A DNA stretch of 64,000 bases from Lytechinus pictus (taxonomy: Eukaryota). Under the pieces are notes generated by a model that worked only from the letters and a program-made list of their open reading frames with translations, was not told the DNA's origin and searched no databases. Both the position numbers and the translations under genes were made by a program. The stretch is from contig NC_087250.1 in the NCBI RefSeq assembly GCF_037042905.1, positions 27,902,001 through 27,966,000 on the forward strand, in the 5' to 3' direction. Position 1 is the first letter of the stretch; the number at the start of each line of letters is the position of its first letter. This document shows positions 13,037 through 26,850 of this stretch, piece after piece.

Positions 13037-14498
13037 GTAGTCCAGGATAGGCCCCATAGAAAATTGATCAAACCTTGTTTTTTATATACATGTACATACC
13101 ATATTTTTGATGGTTTCTTGTCAATTCGAGGGTGCTGATTACGAATCTGGATGATGCCACTCGTGAAACCTTGAGCATTTTCCGCAAATTGGCAGCCCAG
13201 GAGGTTTATTCAACCGAAAGCCGGACAAGCAAATGACCCCATAGCTGGATGGCATGGACCCTGAAGTTTACAAAAAATGCATTGCTGCCGGGTTCTATCC
13301 GTGGTCTTCCCTCCGAAATGACATAATTTATGACGTCACTACAAAATGGCCCTATTTCACCATTTTTTAGACATTCTACACAAAGCATGAAGTCAAGGGG
13401 CAATATCTCAGCCAAATCATGCTTGTTTGTATGAAACTTTTAAAATAGATTGTTCAAATAGTGCACAAGAGATATGCAAATTTTCACGAACAAAAATTTT
13501 TGTTTACATATGCAAATTACGTAATAAAATTTGCATATCATTAGTTTGGGAGATTTCTTGCATCAAAAATTATCGAAAATCGATTCAGAAATTTATTTTC
13601 CTTTTTAATGTACTTTATTTAATATATTTTCTCTCAAGCATAATATCATTCTCTTCATCTATATATCTACTTTTAGAAAATATATGCCAGTAATTGGAAA
13701 TGACATTATAGACTGTGATTTCAGCCCCTTTTCAATATGATGCGCACATAGAAATCATACGTTTTTTGCCTATGTTTTCATATAGCTGAGGTGTGCGAAC
13801 GATATGCCTGTTTTATTGATGTTTCCTGCATTTTGCATGATATTAAATCTTTCAAACGACATATTTTCATCTTTATTATGTCTCTGCTGATAAATAAATG
13901 ACTTCAGCAAAGATTGATTGCCCACTGGGCAGTCTATAGGCTACGTTTTCAGCCTAGTTTTCAACAATGAACCTATACCATGTATGACTGCATCGTTGTA
14001 GTCGAGTCGGAAAAGGGGGTTCCTGTCTACCATCAAAATATTTTGTACTCAACGTTTTTGTATTTGCCTGAAGTGTCTAAATAATGTATCTTGATGTTCT
14101 TCTTGCAAAATCGTGTCCAACGGGGTTCAAAATTGATATCTTTTGCGGCCCTCCTGGACTTTTTTATGAAAATCAATTATTTGTCAGAGTCTGACAATGG
14201 GACAATCTTAAATGAATACGCATTTCACTATGATTCGGATAGTAGAAATCGATTGAATTCGTTTTCTGGACAGCTAATATATTTTGAAATAAAATTCATC
14301 CCGAAATTGCCATGATTTTGGTCAAAAATTTGCATGTGCATTCAAATCTATCTGTTCAATCATTAACATCAACAACTATTGCACAATATCAGCATTCGAC
14401 ACGAAAGAGTTGTTGAATCTTCATAAATGAGTCCAACGTTTCACTACAAACAAACAAACCAATACCGTCGTCATGGTCATAAAACTGATCTTGTAAAT

Positions 14499-14811
14499 TT
14501 CATTTTCCATTTCATTTCATTTATTTGACCATTTAAAATCAACATAGTACATGAACATCATAAAATAAGTATCATACAAATCAATCATTGACAAACAAGA
14601 TAACAATTCAAAAATGTCCAGGACCCAAAAGAAACAAAACTGCTTGTAAACTGGGCCCTACATTAAAATACCTTTTAAAATATTAGTCTGTACACATACA
14701 CACACCCATACACTCACGTACATACCCATCCTAATACATGTACACACAGCAAACACATAGCTCGAGATCATAGAGAAAAATAGGAAAGGAAAGAGAGTGA
14801 TACAAGCAAGT

Positions 14812-14844
<33 letters not shown>

Positions 14845-15874
14845 CAAAAAACTTTAGAAGATGAAATAGATAAGTATCCTACTCAGCCATGGAAAATATT
14901 TTACTAAATATAAGTTTCTTATACAGACACTTGAATCGATTTATCGTAGTACTGGATCTTATATCGAAATTTAGATTATTCCATTTACGTACCCCAACAG
15001 AAGATAAAGAATTATAGATTAATGTTGAATGGCAAAGAGGAATGTGTAAGTTTTTGCTTTGACGAGGTGGATAATTATGAAATGCAGAATTTGGTTGGAA
15101 CATACCAATAAAAACAGGCGGTAAAAGGTTTCTGTGAAATTTGAACATGAACATGGATGTATTAAGCTTTATTAAGTAAGTTACAGGAAAAATTTTCATT
15201 TTTAAAAACAGTGGTAAACTTGAGGATAAATGATGACTATTTGTAATTAACCGAGCTATGCGTTTCTGTAACTTGTAAATTCTGTCTAGTTTTGTTTTGT
15301 ATGTATTTCCCAAATAACATTGCAATAATTTAAATGTGGAAGGATTGTTGAATTATAAATTTTCATTAATATGTTCCTTGGGAGAATATTTTTTAATTTA
15401 TACAAGACGCCAGTACTACGAGAAATTTTAGAACAGACATAATCAATATGACTATTTCCAATCAAGACACTCCTCGATGTAAATACCCAAGAAAAATATA
15501 TTTTGCTTACGTTCAATAAAAACGTTGTCTATTTTAACAGATTCAATTGAATTAGGTATTTTTTTTCTTGTTATGAAAAATTACATATTTTGTCTTATCA
15601 TTATTTAAAAACAGCTTATTACATTTAAACCAAACATTCAATTTATCTAATTCTTCATTTAAAAGGGAAACCAGTTGTAGTATGTTAGAATGTGAATGAT
15701 ACACGACAGTGTCATCTGCAAATAATGAAAAATTAAGTAATTTAGATGAATTGACAATATCATTGATATAAATGATAAAAAGAAGCGGTCCAAGTACTGA
15801 TCCCTGTGGTACTCCAATGTCAACATTCATATCAGATTCAACACCATCGACCACCACATACTGTTTTCTATTAA
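14499..15874 (-). mobile_element. 5'-truncated, frameshifted L2/CR1-group LINE (reverse transcriptase C-terminal part and 3' UTR)
   Basis: GVPQGSVLGPLLFIIYINDI and LFADDT in ORF 15552-15965; later ORFs carry HLNYCNVIW, LQKRIARLI, KWNNL; (gaaat)n-type tail; flanked by GTAAAT (14493-14498, 15875-15880); absent from copy A. Confidence 0.92.
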
Positions 15875-16166
15875 GTAAATATTTATTTACTTTACCGTAT
15901 AGTCGCACGTAAAAATATTTTCCAGTCAATGTTTTAAAACCAAAACCACACACAATAAACTTCATAAATAATAAAAAAAATCACAGAAATATATCCCCTG
16001 CTCAATGATTATCGCTTTAAAATTTTCTTCGATGGTGTGCGTATAATCTACTGCTTATACCATGTATACCTCTGCAGCAGACTTCCCCCGTTGTATTAAA
16101 GAAAAACGAAAAAAACAAACAAACAAAGAAATGAACAGAAGTAAAGCAGAAAATAATATGCCTAAG

Positions 16167-17204
16167 TGTTACGATACTGCAACAAATAACAATGAAATCT
16201 TTTTGAGTGTTGAAGTTGAATTTCCTTTTTTTATTATAGGAAATAATTACACATTAAGAATCATAAATAAAACAAAATATCTTACAACAATCTCTTGAAA
16301 TCAGTTCTGGCGGTATTCCGAATTAATGATCCAAATGATAGTATCCCAGTTGGCTGACGAAAAATTCACAATGATGGCGATGATGAAACTGATGTTGAAG
16401 CACGATGAATAACAAGAGTCACTGTAACGAGTTGAAATGTCCGTGAAGACGATGTTGATGATGAATAACAGTCAATTTCAGCAATCCATGGGTTGAAAAG
16501 CGTTCATTGAACAGGTTGATGATGTTGATGATCTCGATGAGAACTGAGAATTCCTCTCTCAAAATAACTGCAAACAGTTCATTGATGGCGGGCAAATAAT
16601 TCCACAGAAGATATATATTCCAGGTGGAAATAAACTCCGCTCTGACATAAAGTCTGACGTGAAACTCTGAGTTCTGATCTGATGTGACGAAGTGATCTGA
16701 TCTGATCAAGTGATCTAATATGATGTGATGATGTCCTTGAAGTAACCGCCAGTTATATATACACATTTCATCTATAATTCTAGATTATTCTAGTATTCAC
16801 TGTTCTAGATGTTTCTATATAGTATTGACTATTATTGAAGGTTCTAGTATTGTCTTGACAAAACATTGTACATTTCTAAAACATAAATCCCTCACCTCAG
16901 TGAAATCAACACATAGCTAATCCTATTATGTATTTCCACTACCAATACAAGACTATTATAGAGCAATCCATAATTATTGTTTAGCAGTCTGTATTGTCTC
17001 TCTTCCACTGCCTGAGGAATCTATTGCTAGCTTTTCTCTATTAAAAAATAAAACTCTTTGGCCTTTAAATAGGCATGAGGCCTGCAAACAAAAGCTTTTA
17101 CAAACATGTTCTGGAATATTCTTTATCATTCCAAAATATCCTTAAAGAGGAAATAACTAAATAAATGAATGTAATTGCTTTTACAATTCTTCTTATATTT
17201 AACA
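16167..17204. mobile_element. Solo LTR (1038 bp) with 5-bp TSD
   Basis: TGTTA...TAACA ends; CTAAG at 16162-16166 and 17205-17209; empty site gcctaagaaag in copy A (~11022). Confidence 0.85.
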
Positions 17205-18189
17205 CTAAGAAACTACACAATTCTAAAACAGTAACAACAACAAAGTGCCGCTCATGGAATTAACGTGAACTTATAAATATTATTTTCTAAAGATAAGCAA
17301 ATGATCGTTTTCACTTCACCCCTTTTTCTTTCCCTATTCTATTTTCATTTCTGTTCATTTTCTCATTCTCTCTTCGCAATCTACCCTATCCGAGTCACTC
17401 TCTCTTTTTTTTTCTGCAATCCAATCACGTCTTAGTGAAATCTTTCTATTGTTTTATTTTCTACTCTCGATTAACTTTCTCCACTCCCTTCTGGCGTAAT
17501 ATCTTAAAAAATAAAAAAATCAACCTTCACAACGACTTATCCAGTATAGCTTATTATATATTTGGATGGTATCGTCATTAATTGAATCCAAAGTGCGACT
17601 TTTGTCGAAATTTTCATAGAATAGATAACACAATAAAGATATTGCATAGTCAATAATTTACTATGAATCACAATGCAAACATATAATCGTGTTAAGGCCC
17701 GTTTACACCGCATCCGGCACGGCAATCCGGCACGGCAAAAAAAATCGATCACCACTGAATCCTATGAAACTGTTTCCACTTCAACGGTGCCGTGCCGTGT
17801 TGTACAACACGGCGAAATTTGCCGGATTTGCAGATCGATCAGCAAGCCATTTTCAGAGCACGGCACACGGTTTTTTCACTTTTGGCCAATCATAGTCCAG
17901 ATAAATTACGTCATTGCCCACCTATTTTCTGATCAAGCGACAAATCGCCTGCGGTGAGAGTCTATGGGAATTTACGTGTTAAATGCAAAATCGCACATAC
18001 ACGTAGGTCTACGTGTATTACCTGCTGAAGAGAGGTGAAGGAGGACTTGATCTTGCCATTCTTGGTCTGGTAAACGTAAGCAACTAATTAAGAACAAGTG
18101 TAATTTCGCATACTGCAGAACTGAGCCCCAGAAAGTAGAGCACAAGATAAAAGGCAAATAATACAAGGCCGGAAATGATAATCTGGGAT

Positions 18190-18805
18190 AGGGCCTAACG
18201 TTAGATCTAACTTAGGTTAGTTAGATCTAACGTTAGTCGGTACCGGTACGGTACGTCTGACGTTAGAAATGTTAAAACAAAGTCAGGCCTAACTTAAGAA
18301 AAGATCTAACTTAGATAGGCTAGATATTTATCCTATGAGGCTATGGGCTATCCCGGTGGGCTATAGCCTATGCCCTAAGTCACATCTAACTTAGGTCTAA
18401 CGTTAGGCTTTATGAAGTTTATGTTAGACTCGATAAGGCATTAACTTACTTAACAGTGAGTTAGATTGGCCTAGGCTAATCTAACGTTAGAGAAAGTTAG
18501 ACTTAACGTTAGATCTAACTTAGATTAGACTGGAATCTAACTAACATTAGGCTGAACTAGATCCCAACTTAGATCTAAAATTCCATCTAAGGTTAGACCT
18601 AACTTTAGGCCTATGGGCATGGCTATAGTATAACGTTAACAAAAGTTAGACCTGTACGTTGTTAGGCCTAGTCTAGTCTAGTCTCTAACGTTAGATCTAA
18701 AGTTAGGTCTAAGTTACGTTAGACCTAATTAAGTTAAGTAAGTTAGACCTCAGGCTCAGGCTCTGAACGAATAAGATGAATTTTAGTATATAGACTAGCC
18801 TAGGC
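18190..18805. repeat. Low-complexity tract of short palindromic words
   Basis: Dense agatct, aacgtt, aggcct, ctag, ttaa words with no fixed period. Confidence 0.75.
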
Positions 18806-18970
18806 TTTGAGAGAGGCACTGGGTCGTTTTGTCAGCAGCAAGAGTGGCATGGAGGGTGGCAAGGAATAAGAGGAGTGGTGAAAGTAAAATGAGCGCACTT
18901 TCCTTTCATTAAGGCTTTATCCAGGGGCAGCTCAATCGGGAGCAATGGGAAGGGGTTTGGGTTGGCACTG

Positions 18971-19118
18971 CACTGTAAAAAACGGAGTGCTATTTTAGCT
19001 CTTAAAGTGCTTGTATAGTGACTGCACTACGAGTTTAAATTTGAACTAAAAATCAGCACTAGTGCAGACACTATACAAGTACTTTAAGTGCTGAATTAGC
19101 ACTTCATTTTTTACAGTG
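18971..19118. mobile_element. CACTG-ended (EnSpm/CACTA-like) MITE with 2-bp TSD
   Basis: cactgtaaaaaa...ttttttacagtg; TG on both sides; internally palindromic. Confidence 0.8.
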
Positions 19119-19772
19119 TGGCCTGCCCGAAAAAAAATCCCCCAGAACAAAAGTGACCCTTTTTCAATATGAAATATATTCTTTGTGTGCTGGCATAACT
19201 TATTAATCTGCACATTTCTGTCCCAAAATTTGATTGCTTTATTTGTGTAATATCATTTTTTTTTCATTGGTTTATCTTTTATTAAGTGTTATATATATAT
19301 ATTTTTTGGGGGGTGGGGCTGAAGTGATTGGGTATGTATACCATACAGAGAAGACATAATTTATTGACATTTTATTCAACAAACATTTTATGCCTAAAAA
19401 AACATTATATGGCTTAGCTTATTGGCCCTCATGGAGGCAAAAAATTGTGCTTCTATCTTTTTTCTTAGCATGACTCTATGTTTACATGTACTTTTCAAAT
19501 GATAAAATGTATTATTTCATGCTCTTGAAGAAATTTCTAGACGATCACTTTTCTCTACAACAAAGTCATTTTGATTAGGAGAATTTTTTATTTGTGCATT
19601 AAAAAAATGGGTCCCTGATCAGCAAGCCTGCCAGTTACAATGTAAATGTAAGAAAATGCTGATTGGACACTGGCCATTCCCTAATCGCTTTTGCAATTCT
19701 TCCCTAAAACCTGCATTATTATTATTTGCTAATAAAAGTTATATGGAATGTGTTGCATGACAGATAACCGAC

Positions 19773-21525
19773 ATGGAGGAAGCCCTTATCCTAGAAGTGT
19801 AGGAAAATCCAATCCTGTATGCCAAAAGATTGGAGATGTTCTAGGATACAGAAGTAAAAAACGATGTATGACATGACATTGGGCGTCAGCTTGTAATATC
19901 AGGTTGGTATTGTATAACGTCATATGATTTTTTTTTCAAACTTCACAATTTTTTCACTATCAATTTGAAGAAAAATATTGAACAATGTACATCTTTAGAA
20001 AAGAGTTATATTTGTATGTAGATGTTTGAAAGCAAATCAAGTTTACAATCTAACAACTGTAGATACCTTTCGGTTGTTGTAATTCAATGAATATCAATAT
20101 TAAGTTTTGGTCTTTATGGCCATTTTAAAAATTGTTTCCACATGTATAAGATCTATATTGTTTTAATTAAAAAAAAAACGGAAAGTAAATGAGACATAAG
20201 AGCAAGGGTTTGTAAATGCAGAAAGTGACCTTGTTTTGTGATGTGGACCAGAAACTTATACCAACCCCTCTCAAATACGTAATATAAATATCACGTCACT
20301 TTTACAAGCAAAAAAATGAAGGAGGCAAATTTTTTTACCTTCAAAAGCACGTTGTCCATTTTCCCATTAAATATTTCGGGGAGGGGGTGTGGCTTGAGAT
20401 TAGTCATAAACATATTTTTTTTAAAGGTTGTAGGAATTAGATTTCGTGTTTTTTTTAATCATCTTTAGGTGACGTTGCGAGGTGAGGGACAACTTCCTAA
20501 GAAACGACAGAAAATGGAGAGGAAGAGTGGTGACGGAGCTCCCTCAAACACATCACGTAAATACAAGTACAGTGAGGCAATGGAATTCCTAGCTCCTCAC
20601 ATACATAATCGAGAGTAAGTTATTCAATATTTTGTTTTCTTGTCCCAGGGAAGAGAGAATATGTGTATATCAATTTGAATTCATGCGAAGAAATGTATTT
20701 TGTAAATATGAATTCTGATGTGAATGCTGCACTTGACCCAGGTTTAGTTTCTGGGTTCTGACAGGAATTTCTTGCACCAGAAAACGGTCGGGCAACAGCT
20801 ATGGTATTAATTTGCACTTTGTGCACTCTGCAGGGTGGATATGAGAGCTCTCGTACAAACTATACAAATTAATTTAGATTATACATTGATGGTTGGCTCA
20901 TTCTCTCATGTTTACATCAACCCGTTTTCTGTAATTATTATATACATACACATTTTTATTCAATATGATTGATCATATTTGTACCTGACTACCTGTGCAA
21001 AATAGTACAGGTTATTAAGTGTTGCATTTCCTTGAAGTGAAAGCCATTTGCCTTCTGAAAAGTAACACGCCCCTTAAAAAAATAATATAATAGAATAAAA
21101 CTACAGACGTTAAGAATATTAATGAATTGAAGAACAGACAGACTGTATCGACTTGGTACATGAGAGTTGATTTTACAGTATTCAGTATTCTGAGTAAAAC
21201 ATATGAAATAAATTTGAACATATGATTTTTCTGTTAACAGAACAAGTTCAATCTTGGATCCTCTGCTTGATGTGGACACACCAGGAGAAGCCTGTACCAA
21301 GCGGGAAGAAACTGAGCAGGAGAATGGTGGGTGACATCTGTCCACAACGTGGGTCAGTCTTCCTCGTCATCATCCTCAGGCACGTCCGCAACATCAGTCC
21401 AATCTTCAAGCCCCAACTTCACTTCTAATCGAGGACACAATGTTGCAGTATTTTCAAAGCACCGATAGTCATTGTGACAACATAACTGTAGATCAAATTT
21501 TCTCCAGCTTGTCCCCCATTGTCCA
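19773..21525 (+). pseudogene. Decayed spliced MADF (Myb/SANT-like) DNA-binding gene of the Harbinger element; exons ~19773-19902, 20469-20614, 21241-~21525
   Basis: Manual translation MEEALILEV*ENPILYAKRLEMF*DTEVKNDV*HDIGRQL, then RKSGDGAPSNTSRKYKYSEAMEFLAPHIHNR, resembling the MADF pattern; GT-AG junctions; in-frame stops and a frameshift. Confidence 0.75.
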
Positions 21526-21825
21526 ACACTGTAAAAGTAACATCAATGGCAGCTCAATTGCTATGAGGTTAGATTTCGGTCTTCTGAACATTGAACATAC
21601 TACTATAGGAATTAAAGGTTTCGTGTCATCTAAATCCAAGTCGATTCCTATTGATGTTATAAACATCTCACAATTTAAGAATCCAAATATGTTTCGTAGA
21701 TTAAAAAAAAAGTTAACAGAAAATGTTCTAACTTGCTATGCTCCACCGCTAAAAAAGAGAGCTGATATCTTATTCCCTCTGACCATGGAGCTAATAGCTC
21801 TATGCTCTGACATCACTCAATATAT

Positions 21826-24800
21826 TAGACCGGCCAAAAGTAAAAAAGTGCTCTAGATAAGGATTCGACGGCAAAATTTGTTAATGCTTGGCATCCCAGC
21901 TAAAAGTCTTGCAAAAATACCCAGGAATAGCGTACGGCCGGATGCCAAGCGCAATTTTGCATGAAAGTGTCATTTTAGCGTAAAAACTGAAAGAATGTCG
22001 AAAATCACGCATTTTGATATTTTGACGGATTATCATCATATTTTTAACTATCTTTGATATGAAATTAATTTTATTCAGAGTTACAAATTATAAGTCTCAT
22101 AAATATGCATTTTGAATTTGAATATTACGCACACACATATAGCACAGGGAAACATAAAACCGCGATTTCCTCAAAATAAAAGTTTGTGAAAACTATCAAT
22201 AGTTTGAAGTTTTTTTTTACGCAGCTTAAATTCTTTGATTTAACTGCGTTTATCCATCAAATGTATAGTAAATGTCCTAATGTCACAAATATTAAAAGAA
22301 TTTTCAAGTAAGATGGAAGATATCTCACGTTATGTTATCCGAAAGGAGACAATGTGCATTTTACCAGGCGCGCATTTTGAAAGAAAAATTGAAAATACCG
22401 TACATTATGTACATAATTACATGTATAAGTACATACTAAAGCGAGTTTTTAATTACATGTATAAGTGCATTCTAAACCGAGTTTTTAATTGGATAGCACA
22501 ATTTGTCAATTATTTGCATCCCAGCTAAAAGTCTTGCGAAGTCCTGAGGAATAACGTACGGGCGGATGCCAAGCGCAATTTTGCGTGAAACTGTAATTTT
22601 TTGCGTAAAATCTGAAAGAATGTAGAAAATCACGCATTTTGATATTTTGACGGATTATTTTAATATTTTTTATCATCTTTGATATGCAATTATTTTTATT
22701 CAGAGTTTCATATTGTAAGTCTCATAAATATGCATATCAAATTTGAATATTACACACACACATATGGCACAGGGAAACATAAAACCGCGATTTCCTCCAA
22801 ATAAAAGTTTGTGAAAACTATCAATAGTTTAAAGTTTCTTACGCAACTTAAATTCTTCGATTTAAAAGCGTTTCTCAATCGAATGTTTAGTAAATGTCCT
22901 AATGCCACAAAAATTAAAAGAATTTTCAAGTAAGATGGAAAATATCTCATTTTATGTTATCCGAAAGGAGACAATGTGCATCTTACCAGGCGCGCATTTT
23001 GAAAGAAAAATTGAAAATACCGTACATTATGTACATAATTACATGTATAAGTACATACTAAAGCGAGTTTTTAATTACATGTATAAGTACATACTAAAGC
23101 GAGTTTTTAATTGAAAAGCACAATTTGTCAATTCTTTGCATCCCAGCTCAAATTCTTGAGGAAATACTGAGGAATAACGTACGGGCAGATGCCAAGTGCA
23201 CTTTCGATTGAAAGTATAATTTTTAGCGTATAATCTTAAAGACTGTCGAAATCACGCATTTTGACCTTCTGACGGGATTTGTAAGAAATTGTGATTCCCT
23301 TTGATATGCGATCATTTACATTTGGACTTTCAAATTATAAGTCTACTAAATTTGCATTTCAATTTGGAATATTACACACACGTATATGGCAATATGACAT
23401 TAAAAATAGTGATTTTACTAAAAATATAAGTTTGTGAAAACTATCAATAGTTCTAAGTTTTTTACAATTTAAATTCTTCGATTTAAATTGGTTCATCTAT
23501 TGAATATCGATCGTTTCTAATGTCACAAAATTATATTGAATTTTCAAGTAAGATGGAAGATATATTTTCTGAAAGGGGACATGCAAAATTTATCGGGAAT
23601 GGGGAGGGGGGCATTTTTAATGTAAAATTGAAGATACTGTAATTTATTAACATAATTACATGAATAAGTACATGCATACTTAAAACGAGTTACAAAATTT
23701 CTGGCCGCAACTGCCTCTTCCCCCCCCCCCCCCCCCCCCGCTGCCTAAGGTCATGTATAGTCTCCGAAAGGATTACATGGAGCAGCTGAAAGTGTCCCGT
23801 TTTCAAGATAATATACCACTAGCGTAAAGGGGGGGGGGGGCAGACTGCCCCCCGACGAGTCACAACTCATGCAGGGGATGTACCCCTGCCCCCTGGCTTA
23901 TTTAGTCCTGCTCTGCTATGCATGCAGGCGAGACAAGAATAGGTATTGCCGTGACAACGGCCATATTTTTTTAGACTTTGATAATCCAATAATTGAAGTA
24001 AAATGTAGATTGACAGAGTAGTTTAAAAATGCTAATTCGATCGTTTTATTCATACATGTTTATTTTCTATGCACTAGCGTTCCTACGGGGGGGGGGGGGG
24101 CAGAGGGGGCAGTCTGCCCCCCTGACGAGTCCCAAGCCATGCAAAATACGTATCCATGCCCCCCCCCCCCCCCCCGACGAGCTTGAAGACCTTTTTGGCC
24201 CCCCAACCTGACGAGCTTGAAGACTTTTTTTGCTCGTCAAATTTTTTGGCCGACGGTTTTGCCCCCCCCCCTGTGGAAAATCCTATACGCTACTGTTTCT
24301 ATGATTTTGGATTGATATTACCATGGTAACGGCAAATCAAATATCAGACCTATTTATGAATATCGCCACATGTAGATTTACGTTCAGCACCAATTAATTC
24401 GCGGAAATAGCAAGAAGATCGAACTCTACAAAAGTAAACATAATCCTATATACTATCATGACGAGTATCGCACTGATTAATATTAGTATGTGCAATATAG
24501 ATAGTATTGTGCGCTGTTTGTATTTTATCAGAAATGCGCATCCGATAAATGTACATTGCTATCTTTCGCATATATAACATAAAATGATATATCTTGCATC
24601 TTATTTCAACATTCGTTTTCACTATATGTGCCATGACAACAATTATTATGTATTTATTCGGTTAGCGCTAAAATTGACGAAATTGAGATGCGGAACACAA
24701 ACATTATACTATTGATAGTTTTCACAAACTATTATTTTTAGTAAATCACGATTTTATATTTCATATTGCCATATATGTGTGTGTAATATTCCAAATTGAA

Positions 24801-25712
24801 ATGTATATTTACTAGACTTATAATTAAAAACTCTGAATAAAAATAATGCCATATCAAAGATAATCAAAAATATGATGATAATCCGTCAAAATATCAAAAT
24901 GCGTGATTTTCGACATTCTTTCAGATTTCACGCAAAAAATGATACTTTCACGCAAAAGTGCACTTGGCATCCGCCCGTACTTTATTCCTCAGTATTTCCG
25001 CAAGAATTTGAGCTGGGATGCAAAGAATTGACAAATTGTGCTTTTCAATTAAAAACTCGCTTTAGTATGTACTTATACATGTAATTAAAAACTCGCTTTA
25101 GTATGTACTTATACATGTAATTATGTACATAATGTACGGTATTTTCAATTTTTCTTTCAAAATGCGCGCCTGGTAAAATGCACATTGTCTCCTTTCGGAT
25201 AACATAAAATGAGATATATTCCATCTTACTTGAAAATTCTTTTAATTTTTGTGGCATAAGGACATTTACTATACATTCGATTGAGAAACGCTTTTAAATC
25301 GAAGAATTTAAGTTGCGTAAAAAACTTTAAACTATTGATAGTTTTCACAAACTTTTATTTGGAGGAAATCGCGGTTTTATGTTTCCCTGTGCCATATGTG
25401 TGTGTGTAATATTCAAATTTGAAATGCATATTTATGAGACTTATAATTTGAAACTTTGAATAAAAATAATTGCATATCAAAGATGATAAAAAATATTAAA
25501 ATAATCCGTCAAAATATCAAAATGCGTGATTTTCTACATTCTTTCAGATTTTACGCAAAAAATGACAGTTTCACGCAAAATTGCGCTTGGCATCCGGCCG
25601 TACGCTATTCCTGGGTATTTTTGCAAGACTATTAGCTGGGATGCCAAGCATTAGCAAGCATTAACAAATTTTGCCGTCCAAAGTATAAAAAATCGTTTTG
25701 GCCGGTCTACTA
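21826..25712. mobile_element. TAG-ended non-autonomous DNA transposon (Academ-like ends) with ~625-bp subterminal tandem units in inverted arms
   Basis: tagaccggccaaaa...ttttggccggtcta; left units start at 21891, 22516, 23138; inverted copies at ~24707-25650; possible ATAT TSD (right end 25709 or 25712). Confidence 0.75.
24072..24295. mobile_element. hAT-type MITE with 8-bp TSD
   Basis: cactagcgt...acgctactg; TTTCTATG at 24064-24071 and 24296-24303. Confidence 0.85.
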
Positions 25713-26850
25713 ATATATACTAATCCGATTGTTAGCTAACAAAGGGACAGTGGTTTGTAGTTTGCCAGAGCTAACAACCTGTTAACAGTCTCAACATAAA
25801 AGATGCAATGTCAGACATGCAGCATCATCAACAAATTAAAAGCAGTGTATATATGATTACATCTGAATGACTTATGATAAATCCATATGAAATAAATCAT
25901 TTGCAGGAAATCTACAACTTTAATGACTGATATCGTATTATAAACAACTACACCATAAATGTTTATTATAATTTCCACTTGAATTTTTCAATTTGACATC
26001 TCCCATTGTTACAGTTGCAAGTCAGTCTCAATTTGCAGAAATTACGATTGTGAAGGATTATGATCTTCCTCTTTTGTAGATCTGGAAAATATCATCTGAG
26101 CATGTTCACCATTTATTAAAATATATTTATTTCTTAAATTATACTTGAATTTAAAATCAGGATTTGTTCACAGATAAGAGAAGTTGGACATTTTGCACGT
26201 CACAGACATTTGGTTCATGAAAATACATGTATTAACATGATCACTAGTAATGCACTATCAAATATCAATACATGAAACCAGTTACTGTGAAAAATAAAAA
26301 TGATGGGTACTGGACGGAACGTTTCTGGACTAATGTTTTTTTTTTGGAAACATAGATCTAGGATTAATTGAAATATGACAAAATGTTAGAAACAAAATTT
26401 CATTTCTAAACAGAATGGCAATGACTCTCCTGGGGCCTGGTTCATAGAGAGGTATAACTATCATAACTTTGTCTTTCATATGGCGCAACATCCAATTATA
26501 ATTGTGGTTTCCATGGTAGTTGCCATAATGTTGAAGTACTTTTGAAATGGGCCCCTGGACATGAAGAATACTGACAAAAGAAAATTGATGGTGAAATAAA
26601 AAGAATACATTCATCTTCAAGAAAAATTTTGACGCCCCATGCATTTTATTTCTTTATATATCTCGTATTATTTTTTTCCGTAATAAATTGATGAGCATCA
26701 CTTTTTTTTCAACAACAAATATAATGTAGATTGCTGAAGAACCTACAATATATATGGAGCTGAACTAAACTCAAAATAAAGATGTCGACAAAATGAAGTC
26801 CAGTGTTGCTCTTATTTATGGGGCCAAACCTCACTTGGCATTGCTTTTAA

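Noticed and set aside
13040..14407. Possible DNA transposon truncating copy A
   Set aside because: Repeat-like texture, but no TIR, TSD or coding motif could be identified.
21440..21856. 138-aa ORF as an independent gene
   Set aside because: Its start looks like a remnant of the MADF gene C-terminus, and it reads through into unrelated sequence and the end of a nested transposon.
22280..25257. Three similar ~70-80-aa ORFs (..KEFSSKME..)
   Set aside because: They recur only because they lie in the 625-bp repeat units; no recognisable domain, and unit 3 is disrupted.
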